This document shows, piece by piece, positions 8,580 through 18,579 of a stretch of 54,258 bases of DNA. This stretch comes from Gammaproteobacteria bacterium. GTDB taxonomy: Bacteria > Pseudomonadota > Gammaproteobacteria > HK1. The position numbers and the translations under genes are program-made. The notes below the pieces were generated by a model. That model saw nothing but the letters and a program-made list of their open reading frames with translations, was not told where the DNA came from and made no database searches. Numbering within the stretch: position 1 is the stretch's first letter; each line of letters opens with the position of its first letter. The stretch lies in NCBI GenBank assembly GCA_022823045.1, contig JAJDXW010000282.1, forward strand, positions 1 to 54,258, given 5' to 3'.

Positions 8580-8807
8580 ATGATGAAACTGAAGAAGGTA
8601 ACGATGAACCTGACCCAGCGGGATCTCGACAACGCGGAGGCCCTTACCGAGCGGCTCCATTCAAGAACCAAGGCATCGACCGTAAGCGCAGCCCTGGCAA
8701 TCACCGAGGGCATTACGAGACGCGTTGTAGACGGAAGTGAGCTGATGATCCGGAAGAAAGATGGCTCGCTTGAGACGGTCGTGATTGCTGGTCTGGACAC
8801 AGCGTGA
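8580..8807 (+). CDS. Small hypothetical protein, possibly RHH/antitoxin-like
   Basis: 75 aa: MMKLKKVTMNLTQRDLDNAEALTERLHSRTKASTVSAALAI.... GGAGG lies 5 nt upstream of the ATG at 8580 (the track start 8568 is a TTG). It sits in a locally lower-GC islet. The family was not recognised. Confidence 0.45.
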   Translation: MMKLKKVTMNLTQRDLDNAEALTERLHSRTKASTVSAALAITEGITRRVVDGSELMIRKKDGSLETVVIAGLDTA

Positions 8808-8865
8808 ATCCGACGCCACCTCTGGTGGGGGTAACCCGCCCGGCCCCGTATCCCGCTGAACGCTC

Positions 8866-9138
8866 ATGACCAACAACAGAGAACCGGATCCGGGCGACAT
8901 CGACGACTGGGAGTCAGCCGACGCCCCATCCGCGCCGTTCACCCTGATTCCCGCTTATGTTGGCGATCGCGTGTTCTACCGCGTCGTCGCGTGGTCGTTA
9001 GCCGGGATAGCCGCAGCAGCAGTGCTCGGCTGCATCCTCATTGGTGCATTGGGACAGGATGTTCCGGAGTCGATTGTCGCGCTGGGTTCCACTGCGGTTG
9101 GAGCGCTGGCCGGGGTATTGGCCTCGAACCGGAAATAG
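8866..9138 (+). CDS. Small hypothetical membrane protein (two predicted TM helices)
   Basis: 90 aa with an acidic N-terminus, then VVAWSLAGIAAAAVLGCILIGAL and IVALGSTAVGALAGVLA. No clear SD. Same strand as, and 58 nt after, the 8580 ORF. Confidence 0.4.
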   Translation: MTNNREPDPGDIDDWESADAPSAPFTLIPAYVGDRVFYRVVAWSLAGIAAAAVLGCILIGALGQDVPESIVALGSTAVGALAGVLASNRK

Positions 9139-9362
9139 TCCGTAACACATCGTATCGTTGCAGAATAGACATTCTGTCGCGTTTCGGGATGGCTCGGGGC
9201 TCCGGGCCTCGGCCCGGACCGCCGGCGAGCGGGTCGGGGCCGAGTTCCCGCGCCCCGCAGGTGGCGGGGTAGAGTCCGCGCAGGGGCCTGCCGGGTGCGC
9301 CGCCCACGTTCGGGCACCCGTCGGGGCGGCTTGATCACCACGAAAAACCACAGGGTCACGCA

Positions 9363-10811
9363 ATGTCCGAGTTCCACTTCGAGTCGGCCACCCGGCTGAT
9401 GTCGCGGCTCGACGCGCGCGAGATCGGCGCGCGCGAGCTGCTCGATCACTTCCTGGGCCGCGTTGAGCGGCACAACCCGACGATCAACGCGATCGTCTGG
9501 CAGGACGCGGACCGCGCGCGAGCGGAGGCCGACGACTCGGACCGCCGCCGCGCGGCGGGGCAACCGACCGGCCCCCTGGACGGCCTGCCGGTGACGGTGA
9601 AGGAGAGCTTCGACCTCGTCGGCTCCCCCACCACCTGGGGCGTCCCGGAGTACCGTGACAACATCGCGGACACGGACTCGGCGGTGGTCGAGAAGTACCG
9701 CGCGGCCGGCGCGGTGGTCTTCGGCAAGACGAACGTCCCGTTCCTGCTGTCGGACTGGCAGAGCTTCAACTCGATCTACGGCACCTGCAGCAACCCGTGG
9801 GACCTCACCCGCACCCCCGGAGGCTCCTCCGGCGGGTCGGCGGCAGCGCTCGCCGCCGGGTTGACCGGGCTGGACGCGGGCTCCGACATCGGCGCCTCGA
9901 TCCGCAACCCGGCGCACTACTGCGGGGTGTTCGGCCACAAGCCGACCTGGGAGATCGTCTCCGGCCGCGGCCAGTCGTTGCCGGGCGACCATGCGCCGAT
10001 GGACATCGCGGTCGTCGGCCCCCTCGCCCGGTCGGCGGCGGACCTGAAGCTCGCCTTCGGCCTTCTCGCCGGAGCGGACGGCCCCGCCGCGCGGGGGTGG
10101 CGGCTGGCCCTGCCCGAGCCGCGCCGGCGGGAGTTGCGCGACTACCGGGTCGGGGTCCTGCTGAGCGACCCCCAGGCCGAGGTGGAGCAGTCCTGCCAGG
10201 ACGCGATCGCCGCCCTCGCCGGCTGGCTCGAAGGCGAAGGCGCGACCGTCGAGGTGGGCGCTAAGCCCGACTTCCCCACCGGCGAGGCGATGGAGGTCTA
10301 CACGATGCTGCTCCGCGCCGCGACCTCCAAGCGGATGAGCGACGAGATGGTCGCGCTCGCCCGCGAAGACCTCGGCCGCCTCCCGGCGGACGCGATCCCC
10401 TATCGGCGCCGGATGCTCGAAGCCCAGACCATGCTGCACCGGGACTGGCTCCGGTGGAACGAGCATCGGTACGAGCTGATGGCCGGCTGGGAAGCCTGGT
10501 TCGAGACCTTCGATCTCATGCTCTGCCCCACCGCGTCGTCGCCCGCCTTCCCCCACGACCAGGCGGGCGAGCGCCATGACCGGACGATCACCGTCAATGG
10601 CCGGCCCCAGCCGACCGTCGATCAGCTCTTCTGGGCGGGCTACCCCTGCGGGTACTACCTGCCCTCGACGGTAGCGCCGATCGGGCTCGCGGACGGCCTC
10701 CCCGTCGGGATCCAGATCGTCGGCCGCCAGTACGACGACCTCACCTGCCTGCACATGGCGGCGCTCATCGAGGAAGGCTACTGCCGCTTCTCGCCGCCCC
10801 CGGGGTATTGA
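9363..10811 (+). CDS. Amidase (amidase-signature family)
   Basis: 482 aa with LDGLPVTVKESF, GGSSGGSAAALAAG and GSDIGASIRNPA (the Ser-cisSer-Lys signature region). Confidence 0.9.
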   Translation: MSEFHFESATRLMSRLDAREIGARELLDHFLGRVERHNPTINAIVWQDADRARAEADDSDRRRAAGQPTGPLDGLPVTVKESFDLVGSPTTWGVPEYRDNIADTDSAVVEKYRAAGAVVFGKTNVPFLLSDWQSFNSIYGTCSNPWDLTRTPGGSSGGSAAALAAGLTGLDAGSDIGASIRNPAHYCGVFGHKPTWEIVSGRGQSLPGDHAPMDIAVVGPLARSAADLKLAFGLLAGADGPAARGWRLALPEPRRRELRDYRVGVLLSDPQAEVEQSCQDAIAALAGWLEGEGATVEVGAKPDFPTGEAMEVYTMLLRAATSKRMSDEMVALAREDLGRLPADAIPYRRRMLEAQTMLHRDWLRWNEHRYELMAGWEAWFETFDLMLCPTASSPAFPHDQAGERHDRTITVNGRPQPTVDQLFWAGYPCGYYLPSTVAPIGLADGLPVGIQIVGRQYDDLTCLHMAALIEEGYCRFSPPPGY

Positions 10812-10938
10812 CGCCGCCGGCCGCGATGACGCCCCGGCCCGAATCTTGTCCCGGGCGTCGTCCGGCCGGAACAAGCGTGGGTGGACATCCGGGCCGGCTA
10901 CCCCCGCGGACGGTTTCGAGAACGAAGAGCGACGACAG

Positions 10939-12876
10939 ATGAAGACACTCCCCTACGGGACGTGGCCGTCCCCGATCACCCCCGATGCCATCGTCGCCGA
11001 GACGGTCCGGCTCTCGTCGGTCAGCCTGGACGGCGGCGGCCGGGTCGGTTGGCTCGAGGGGCGTCCCGGCGAAGGGGGGCGCAACGTGCTCGTTCGAACC
11101 GACCTTTCGGGGCCGGGTGAGATCGAGGACCTCACCCCCCCGCCGTTCAACGTGCGCTCGGGGGTTCACGAGTACGGAGGCGGAGCGTACGCCGTGTCCG
11201 GGGACCGGCTGTGGTTCTCGAACTTCGCGGACGGACGGGTCTACTCCCGCACGGGCGGCGACGCGACGCCGGCTCCCCTCACCGCGGCAGGCCCGGCCCG
11301 GTTCGGGGACCTGACCTTCGACCCGGTGCGGCGGCGCCTGCTCGCGGTGCGCGAGACGCATGCAGGCGACGCGCCGCCCGTCAACGAGCTGGTCGCGATT
11401 TCGATCGACGACGGCTCGGAGAGGGTGCTCGCCTCCGGCCGGGACTTCTACGCCGCGCCCGCCCCGAGCCCCGACGGACGGCACCTCGCGTGGCTCGCCT
11501 GGGACCAGCCCGACATGCCCTGGGACGGGGCGGCCCTCTGGCTTGCCGAGCTCGACGGGGACGGCGCTCCCGGCGCGGCGACCCGGATCACCGGGGGCGC
11601 AGGGTGCTCCGCGTTCCAGCCCGCCTGGTCGCCCGACGGGGCTCTCTGGTTCGTCGCCGACCCGCACCGATGGTGGAACCTCCATCGCTGGCAGGGCGGC
11701 GAGCTCCGCTGCATGCACCGGGCCGAGCACGAGTTCGGGAAACCGCTCTGGCAGCTCGGAACGACCACCTTCGGGTTCGACGCGAACGGAGCCGTCGTCT
11801 GCACCTGGCGCACCGAAGCCGGGTGGCGGCTCGGCCGGCTCGCCCCGGACGGCTCGGGCTCCCTGCACGAGATCCCCCTTCCCTGGACAAGCATCGACTC
11901 GCTCAGCGTCCGGGGCGGGACGGCGGCCTTCATCGGCGGCGCGCCGGACCGGAGCACGTCGGTCGTGACCCTGGACCTCGCGTCCGGCGCGACGCGCGTG
12001 CTCCGCACCTCGAGCACGCTCTCGATCGGCGACGAGCTGCTGTCTCGTCCCGTCCCCCTCCGCTTTCCGACCGGCGAGGACGGAAGCGAGACCGCACACG
12101 GCTACTGGTACGCGCCGCACAACGCGTCGTGCCGCGCCCCGCCCGGCGAGCTTCCGCCGCTCCTCGTCCTCAGCCACGGTGGTCCGACCGGAGCGACCGG
12201 CGACACTCTGAGCCCCTCGATCCAATTCTGGACGAGCCGCGGCTTCGCGGTCCTCGACGTCGACTACCGGGGGAGCACCGGCTACGGACGCGCGTATCGC
12301 GAGCGGCTCTACGGCGAGTGGGGGGTGGTGGACGTCGAGGACTGCGTCGCGGGTGCGCTGCACCTCGCCGAGACCGGCCGCGCCGACCCCTCCCGCCTCG
12401 CGATCCGCGGCGGGAGCGCGGGCGGCTACACCACCCTCTCCGCCCTCACCTTCCACGACGCGTTCCGGGCCGGCGCGAGCTACTACGGCATCTGCGACCT
12501 CGAGGTGCTCGCCGCCGATACCCACAAGTTCGAGGCCCGCTATCTCGATCGGCTGATCGGCGAGTGGCCCGCCGACCGCGACGTGTACCGGGCCCGCTCT
12601 CCCCTCCACCACGCCTCGCGGCTCGGCTGCCCGATCATCTTCTTCCAGGGTCTCGACGACCGGGTGGTCCCCCCGAACCAGGCCGAGCTGATGGCGGATG
12701 CGCTCGACCGGCAGGGCCTCCCCGTCGCCTGCCTCATGTTCGAAGGCGAGGGGCACGGCTTCCGCAAGGCGGAGACCCTGCGCCGGTGCCTTGAGGCGGA
12801 GCTCGCCTTCTACGGGCGGGTCTTCGGGTTCGAGCCGGCGGACGCCCTCCCGTCCCTCGACATCCGGAACCTGTAG
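10939..12876 (+). CDS. S9 family serine peptidase (prolyl oligopeptidase / acylaminoacyl peptidase-like)
   Basis: An N-terminal beta-propeller-like region is followed by a C-terminal alpha/beta hydrolase with GGSAGGYT (GxSxGG) and a late EGHGF. Start is the ATG at 10939 inside ORF 10846..12876. Confidence 0.85.
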   Translation: MKTLPYGTWPSPITPDAIVAETVRLSSVSLDGGGRVGWLEGRPGEGGRNVLVRTDLSGPGEIEDLTPPPFNVRSGVHEYGGGAYAVSGDRLWFSNFADGRVYSRTGGDATPAPLTAAGPARFGDLTFDPVRRRLLAVRETHAGDAPPVNELVAISIDDGSERVLASGRDFYAAPAPSPDGRHLAWLAWDQPDMPWDGAALWLAELDGDGAPGAATRITGGAGCSAFQPAWSPDGALWFVADPHRWWNLHRWQGGELRCMHRAEHEFGKPLWQLGTTTFGFDANGAVVCTWRTEAGWRLGRLAPDGSGSLHEIPLPWTSIDSLSVRGGTAAFIGGAPDRSTSVVTLDLASGATRVLRTSSTLSIGDELLSRPVPLRFPTGEDGSETAHGYWYAPHNASCRAPPGELPPLLVLSHGGPTGATGDTLSPSIQFWTSRGFAVLDVDYRGSTGYGRAYRERLYGEWGVVDVEDCVAGALHLAETGRADPSRLAIRGGSAGGYTTLSALTFHDAFRAGASYYGICDLEVLAADTHKFEARYLDRLIGEWPADRDVYRARSPLHHASRLGCPIIFFQGLDDRVVPPNQAELMADALDRQGLPVACLMFEGEGHGFRKAETLRRCLEAELAFYGRVFGFEPADALPSLDIRNL

Positions 12877-12948
12877 CCCGGATACGGCACGAGGGCGTAT
12901 GCCATGTTCGTTCGGAGGTGATGGCGAAGCGGGTTACGCTTTCGCCGC

Positions 12949-15102
12949 ATGACGCGACTTTCCGCCTTCTTTCGGCCGCGCACGATCGCCTTCGTCGGCG
13001 CCACCGAAGACGAAGCGAAGCTCGGCGGGCGTCGGTATCGCTCGCTCGTCGCGGGCGGCTTTGCCGGGAGCATCTTCGCGGTGCACCCGCGAGCCCCGTC
13101 CGTGCGCGGGCGGCCCGCCTTCCCGACCCTGCGGGCGATTCCGGAGCCGGTCGACCTCGCGGTCGTCGTCGTGCCCCGCGACGCGGTGCGACCCGTGATC
13201 GAGGACTGCGCCGCCCGGAACGTGCCCGCTGTCATGGTGATCACGGCGGGATTCGGCGAGGTCGATGCCGAGGGCCGCCGGCTCGAGGACGAGCTCGCCG
13301 CTCTCGTCCGCCGCGGGGGCGGCCGTCTGCTCGGCCCGAACTGCGCGGGGCTCTACTCGGGCTCGACCGGCATCAATCTTGGCGGCGCGGAGGTCCCTTC
13401 CGGGCCGATCGCCCTCGTCTCCCAGAGCGGAAACCTCCTCCTCGACTTCAACCTTCGCGCCGCGGCGGCCGGGCTCGGATTCACCCGGCAGGCAACGATC
13501 GGCAACGCGGCCGACCTCGACGCCGTCGATCTCATCGCCGACTGCCTGGACGATCCCGATACGAAGGCCGTCCTCGCGTACGTCGAGGGAATGGGTGAGG
13601 GGCGCGGGCGCGCCCTGGTGGATACGGTCCGCCGCCATCGCGCGCGGAAACCGGTGGTGGTCCTCAAGCCGGGGAGGTCGGAGGCGGGACGCCGGGCCGC
13701 GCTGACCCATACCGGCACCCTCGCCGGCGAGGACCGCGTGGCCTCCGCCGCGCTTCGCGGCGCCGGGATACTGCGTGCGGACGGCATCGCCGAGGCGTGG
13801 GCGATCACGGAGGCGCTCTGCCGATGCCCTGCGCTCGCGGGGGACGGGGTGGCGCTCGTCTCCGACGGTGGCGGCCATGCGACGCTCCTCGCCGACTGCC
13901 TCGGTCTGGCGGGATTCGCGCTGCCCGCGTTTCCGGACGCGACGCGTGACGCGCTCGCCCGACTTCTCCCGCCACGGGCGGCGATCGCGAACCCGCTCGA
14001 CTTCGCCGGGGTGGTCGAGAGCGACCCCACCGTCCTCCCCGAGGGCCTGGCCGTCTGCCTCTCCGCTTCCAACGCCGACGCGGTCGTGGTCGCGGGACAT
14101 TTCGGCGGCTACCACCGGATCGGGGGCGCCGGCCTCGCGCCGCGCGAGATCGCGGCCGCCGAGGCGGTCGCCTCCGTCGCTTCCGGGCACGGCAAGCCGG
14201 TCGTCTTCCAATCCATCCACGCCGACGTCCCGACCGCGAGTCACACGGTCCTGCGCGAGGCGGGGATCCCCGTCGTCCGCGCGCCCGACGACGCGGTGCG
14301 GATGCTCTCGGGGCTGAGGGACGCGGCTCGCCGCCCGAAGCCCTCCGCCTCCAGCCGCGACGCGCCCGGATTCGCTCCTTCCGCGGCGTTCCAACGGCGC
14401 GCGGAGGGCCTCCTCCGCTCCCCCGGACCGAGCGGGGCCCTGGCGGAACCGGAGACGCGCTCCCTGCTCGAGGCCGCGGGCTTCGAGGTTCCGGAGTGGC
14501 GGGTGGCGGCGAACGCGGACGAGGCGGCGAACGCCGCGGACGACTGGCCCCGCACCGCCATGAAGCTCATCACCCCCGGCGCCGTCCACCGCAGCGAGCG
14601 GGGCTACGTGCTCCTCGACCTCGCGGGAGCGCCCGCAATCCGAAAGGGGGCGGAGACGCTCCTCGCCCGATGTCCGGCGGGCGAACGCCCGGCCGCACGG
14701 CTCCTCGTCACCCCGATGCTCGAGCCCGGGCTCGAGATCATCTGCAGCGCGATTCGAGACCCGCAGTTCGGCCCGACGGTGATGGCCGGTCCCGGCGGCA
14801 CGTCGGTCGAATCGCTCGACGAGGTCGTCTTCCACCTCGCACCGCTCGACCGCGAGGAAGCACGCTCGCTCCTCTCCGGGCTTTCGGCGCCGCGCACGAC
14901 GACCGGCCTTCGTCGCCCCCCGCCTCAGCCGGAGGAGTGCAAGGAGCTGGTCGACCGCCTGGTTCGGCTGGGGGTTCTCCTGGCCGCGCTCCCCGAGCTC
15001 GAGGAGATAGAGCTCAACCCCGTCATCGTGACCCCGGCCGGCGCGCGCATCGCCGACGCTCGGGCAGTCGTCCGGAGGTGCTCTCCGCACGACCTGCCAT
15101 AG
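12949..15102 (+). CDS. ADP-forming acyl-CoA synthetase / acetate--CoA ligase family protein (CoA-binding plus ATP-grasp domains)
   Basis: 717 aa. FFRPRTIAFVGAT..., DLAVVVVP, LLGPNCAGL and SQSGN are characteristic of NDP-forming acyl-CoA synthetases. Confidence 0.85.
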   Translation: MTRLSAFFRPRTIAFVGATEDEAKLGGRRYRSLVAGGFAGSIFAVHPRAPSVRGRPAFPTLRAIPEPVDLAVVVVPRDAVRPVIEDCAARNVPAVMVITAGFGEVDAEGRRLEDELAALVRRGGGRLLGPNCAGLYSGSTGINLGGAEVPSGPIALVSQSGNLLLDFNLRAAAAGLGFTRQATIGNAADLDAVDLIADCLDDPDTKAVLAYVEGMGEGRGRALVDTVRRHRARKPVVVLKPGRSEAGRRAALTHTGTLAGEDRVASAALRGAGILRADGIAEAWAITEALCRCPALAGDGVALVSDGGGHATLLADCLGLAGFALPAFPDATRDALARLLPPRAAIANPLDFAGVVESDPTVLPEGLAVCLSASNADAVVVAGHFGGYHRIGGAGLAPREIAAAEAVASVASGHGKPVVFQSIHADVPTASHTVLREAGIPVVRAPDDAVRMLSGLRDAARRPKPSASSRDAPGFAPSAAFQRRAEGLLRSPGPSGALAEPETRSLLEAAGFEVPEWRVAANADEAANAADDWPRTAMKLITPGAVHRSERGYVLLDLAGAPAIRKGAETLLARCPAGERPAARLLVTPMLEPGLEIICSAIRDPQFGPTVMAGPGGTSVESLDEVVFHLAPLDREEARSLLSGLSAPRTTTGLRRPPPQPEECKELVDRLVRLGVLLAALPELEEIELNPVIVTPAGARIADARAVVRRCSPHDLP

Positions 15103-15171
15103 ATGATCGGAGGGTGCGGGAAGAGTGGCGAGGCCGACCCGCGCCTCCTCGCACCAATCGGCCGCGTCGGC

Positions 15172-15960
15172 CTACCGGCCCGAGAAGTCCGGTTTCTCGC
15201 GGCGCGCGAACGCGGCCGCGCCCCGCTCGTTGTCGGCCGTGGCGTAGGTGGCGAGCAAGCCCTCGGTCTCGAACGCAAGCGCGCTCTCGAGGTCGCCAAT
15301 CGCGACTCGATTCAGGACACGCTTGGCGAGGGCGACCGACACCGGCGCATTGCCGGCGATGGTCCGGGCAAGCTCCTCCGCGCGAGGCAGCAACCGCTCG
15401 TCTTCGACCACCTCCTCGACGAGCCCGATGGCTCGAGCTTCCTCCGCGTCGAGGTGCTCGCCGGTGAAGACGAGGCGCTTTGCCCAGGAGACACCCACCG
15501 CCCGCGGAAGCAGCAGGCTCGCCCCGCCCGAGACGAAGCGGCCGATCGTGGTTTCGGGAAACCCGAAGCGGGCGCTCGCGCCCGCGATCCGGAGATCTGC
15601 GGCGAGCGCGATCTCGAGTCCGCCGCCGAGCGCGTAGCCGTTGATCGCCGCGATGATGGGGACCGGGGCCGCCACCATCTCCCGCGCGAGCTGCTGCTGG
15701 TTGCGCTCGACCCGGCGGCGCGACTCGTCCTGGGTCTCGCCGCGCCACGCCGTTTCCTTGAGATCGGCCCCGACGCAGAACCCACGCCCGTTTCCGGTGA
15801 TGAGGACGACCCGCACTCCCGGGTCGCGGGCCGCCTCGCGCACCGCGTCCACGAGCGCCTCCCACATCCGCTGATCGATGGCGTTGAGGACCTCGGCGCG
15901 ATTGAAGCGCATGACCGCAATCCCGCCCTCGGCCGTGACGAGGACCCTCGGCTTCGTCAT
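15172..15960 (-). CDS. Enoyl-CoA hydratase/isomerase (crotonase) family
   Basis: 262 aa with RFNRAEVLNAID, VVLITGNGRGFCVGADL and AAINGYALGGGLEIALAADLRIA. Start is the ATG at 15960 inside ORF 15172..16014. Confidence 0.9.
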   Translation of the reverse strand: MTKPRVLVTAEGGIAVMRFNRAEVLNAIDQRMWEALVDAVREAARDPGVRVVLITGNGRGFCVGADLKETAWRGETQDESRRRVERNQQQLAREMVAAPVPIIAAINGYALGGGLEIALAADLRIAGASARFGFPETTIGRFVSGGASLLLPRAVGVSWAKRLVFTGEHLDAEEARAIGLVEEVVEDERLLPRAEELARTIAGNAPVSVALAKRVLNRVAIGDLESALAFETEGLLATYATADNERGAAAFARREKPDFSGR

Positions 15961-16169
15961 CGCGAATCCACCTCCAGGTTCGGTTTGCCGGGGGGACGAA
16001 CCGCATGCCCGCAAGCGCGAAAGCGACCGTCGCGGAGCCGACGACGGAGCCCCCTCCGACCGATCCCGAGATTGTGTCTGATTTGCAGGCGCTTGAAATC
16101 CCCCTGCTCCGTCCCGTCAATGGGATACCGTTACGCTACCTGCCCGTCATCAGGTTATTGGAGGCGGCC

Positions 16170-17687
16170 ATGTCGATCCTGATCCGAAACGCCCGCGTCC
16201 TCACGATGGACGACGACGATACGGAGCTCGCGCGGGCGGACATCCTCGTCCGGGGCAGCCGGATCGCCGACATCGGGCCGGACCTCGACATCTCGAACGA
16301 GGGGGCGGACCTGCGAATCATCCCGGCCGACCGCCTCCTCGCGATGCCGGGCCTCGTCAACGGCCACGTTCACTCCCCCGGCAATTTCCTCAAGGGCGCG
16401 ACCGACGACGCGCCGCTCGAGATCTTCATGCTCCACGAGGTCCCGCCTTTCAGCGACGAGCCGCCCTCGCCCCACCTCAATCACGTGCGCACGATGCTGG
16501 GCGCGGTCGAGATGCTGAAGCTCGGGGTAACCGCCGTCCACGACGACGCCTTCTACAACCCGCGCGCGACCGAGGAGGCCATCGACGGCCTGATGCAGGC
16601 GTACGTCGAGAGCGGGATGCGCGCCGTCGTCACCATCGACCAGCCGAACGTGGTCGAGTACGAGAAGTACCCCTTTCTCCGCGACATCCTCCCGGACGAC
16701 ATCCGCCGGCGCATGGCCGAGACCCCCCGGCAATCGACCGAAGAGCTGACCGAGCTCTACACCGGGTTCATCGAGCGCTGGAACGGGGCCTGCGACGGAA
16801 GGCTCGGCACGGCCGTCTCATGCTCTGCGCCCCAACGGGTCACCCCGGAGTACCTCCAGATCCTGTCGGAGCTCAGCGAGCGGCACCGGATCCCCTACGA
16901 CGTCCATATCCTCGAGACGAAGCTCCAGCGGGTGCTCGGCGAGGAGAAGTACGGCAAGTCCCTCATCCGCTACGTCCACGACGCGGGCGTCCTCACCCCC
17001 CGGATGATGGTGATCCACGCCGTCTGGGTGGACGACGAGGACATCGAGCTCCTCGCCGCATCCGGCTGCACGGTCGCCCACAACCCCATCAGCAACCAGA
17101 AGATCGGGAGCGGGATCATGCCGTTCCGGCGGCTCCGGTCGGCCGGGGTGCCGATCTGCCTCGGGACGGACGAGGCCACCGTCGACGACAGCGCGAACAT
17201 GTGGGGCGTGGCCAAGGCGGCGGGCCTCATCCACAAGATCGCGGACCCCGAGTACCGGAACTGGCCGACGGCGCCCGAGCTCCTCTGGTGCCTCACCCGG
17301 GGCGGCGCGCGCGGCATGGGGCTTGAGGACCGCGTCGGCGCCCTCGTCCCCGGCCACGAGGCCGACCTCATCCTCGTCGACCTCGACACCATCGCGTTCA
17401 CCCCGCTCAACGACTTGCGCCGCCAGCTCGTCTTCTCCGAGAACGGCTCATCGGTGGTGATGACGATGGTGGCGGGCCGGGTCGTCTGCGAGCACGGGCG
17501 GGTCCTCACCGTCGACGAGGAGGCCCTCAAGGAGGAGGTGCGCGCCCTCGTCCCCGAGCACCGGCGCGAGCTCGCCCGAACCGCCGCCGCGGCCGCCGAG
17601 CTCCATCCCCACTATCGCAAGATGTACCTCCGCGCCGCCGCCCGCGACGTGGGCCTCAACCGCTGGGCCGGGCCCATGATCCCCTGA
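16170..17687 (+). CDS. Amidohydrolase family protein (aminohydrolase/deaminase-like)
   Basis: 505 aa with ILIRNARVLTMDD, the metal motif PGLVNGHVHSP (HxH) and later HILE and GTDE. GGAGGCGG SD lies before the ATG at 16170. Confidence 0.8.
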   Translation: MSILIRNARVLTMDDDDTELARADILVRGSRIADIGPDLDISNEGADLRIIPADRLLAMPGLVNGHVHSPGNFLKGATDDAPLEIFMLHEVPPFSDEPPSPHLNHVRTMLGAVEMLKLGVTAVHDDAFYNPRATEEAIDGLMQAYVESGMRAVVTIDQPNVVEYEKYPFLRDILPDDIRRRMAETPRQSTEELTELYTGFIERWNGACDGRLGTAVSCSAPQRVTPEYLQILSELSERHRIPYDVHILETKLQRVLGEEKYGKSLIRYVHDAGVLTPRMMVIHAVWVDDEDIELLAASGCTVAHNPISNQKIGSGIMPFRRLRSAGVPICLGTDEATVDDSANMWGVAKAAGLIHKIADPEYRNWPTAPELLWCLTRGGARGMGLEDRVGALVPGHEADLILVDLDTIAFTPLNDLRRQLVFSENGSSVVMTMVAGRVVCEHGRVLTVDEEALKEEVRALVPEHRRELARTAAAAAELHPHYRKMYLRAAARDVGLNRWAGPMIP

Positions 17688-17777
17688 TCGGGCCGGACGG
17701 GGGGACGCGAGGAGGAAAGTCGCCATGCCCGCCCGAGTCGGACTTGGCTCTGCGTTCCGACGCGCAAGGAATTTCCG

Positions 17778-18566
17778 TCAGGCCGCCTCCGTGTCCACCG
17801 CATCGACGATGTAGGCGAGGACGTCCTGCTTGGTCGCGGTCCGGCGGTCCAGGGTCGCGACCGAGCGACCGGCGCGCATCACCATGACCCGGTCGGCGAC
17901 CTGGAAGACATGATCGAGATTGTGGCTGATGACGATGAGCGCGATGCCCTGCTGCTTGAGGTTCTGCATCAGCGCGAGGGTGTTGCGGGTCTCCTCGGGA
18001 CCGAGCGCCGCGGTCGGCTCGTCCATGACGAGGATCTTGAGGTCGGTGGCGTAGATCGCCCGGGCGATCGCCACCGCCTGGCGCTCGCCGCCCGAAAGGT
18101 GATGGGTGGCGACGTGAATGTCCTCCAGCTCGATGCCGACCTCCTCCTTGAGCACCCGTGCCGCTTCCCTCGCCATGCGATCGTTGTCGAGGAAGTTGAG
18201 GCCGAGGACCTTGCGCTTGAGCTCGTGGCCCAGGAAGACATTGCCCGCGGCGTCGAGGGAATCGACCAGGCCCAGATCCTGGTAGACCGCTTCGATGCCG
18301 AGCTGGCGCGACTGCCGCTTGTTCGTGATCGAGACCGGCCGCCCCTCCATGCGGATCTCGCCGTCGTCCAGCACGTGGACGCCGGTGAGAACCTTGATGA
18401 GGGTCGACTTGCCGGCGCCGTTGTCGCCGACGATCGCCAGCGCTTCGCCCGCATCGAGGTGCAGGCTGACGCCGGCAACCGCCATGACACCGCCGAAATG
18501 CTTCGAGATCGACTGCATTTCCAGCAAAGGCGCGTCACTCCGCACGGAACGGGGCGGCTGGTTCAT
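17778..18566 (-). CDS. Sugar-type ABC transporter ATP-binding protein (single NBD)
   Basis: Walker A GDNGAGKST, signature LSGGERQ and Walker B ILVMDEPT are present. The start at 18566 lies 14 nt after the SBP stop. Confidence 0.85.
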   Translation of the reverse strand: MNQPPRSVRSDAPLLEMQSISKHFGGVMAVAGVSLHLDAGEALAIVGDNGAGKSTLIKVLTGVHVLDDGEIRMEGRPVSITNKRQSRQLGIEAVYQDLGLVDSLDAAGNVFLGHELKRKVLGLNFLDNDRMAREAARVLKEEVGIELEDIHVATHHLSGGERQAVAIARAIYATDLKILVMDEPTAALGPEETRNTLALMQNLKQQGIALIVISHNLDHVFQVADRVMVMRAGRSVATLDRRTATKQDVLAYIVDAVDTEAA

Positions 18567-18579
18567 CGATCGTGGCGCC

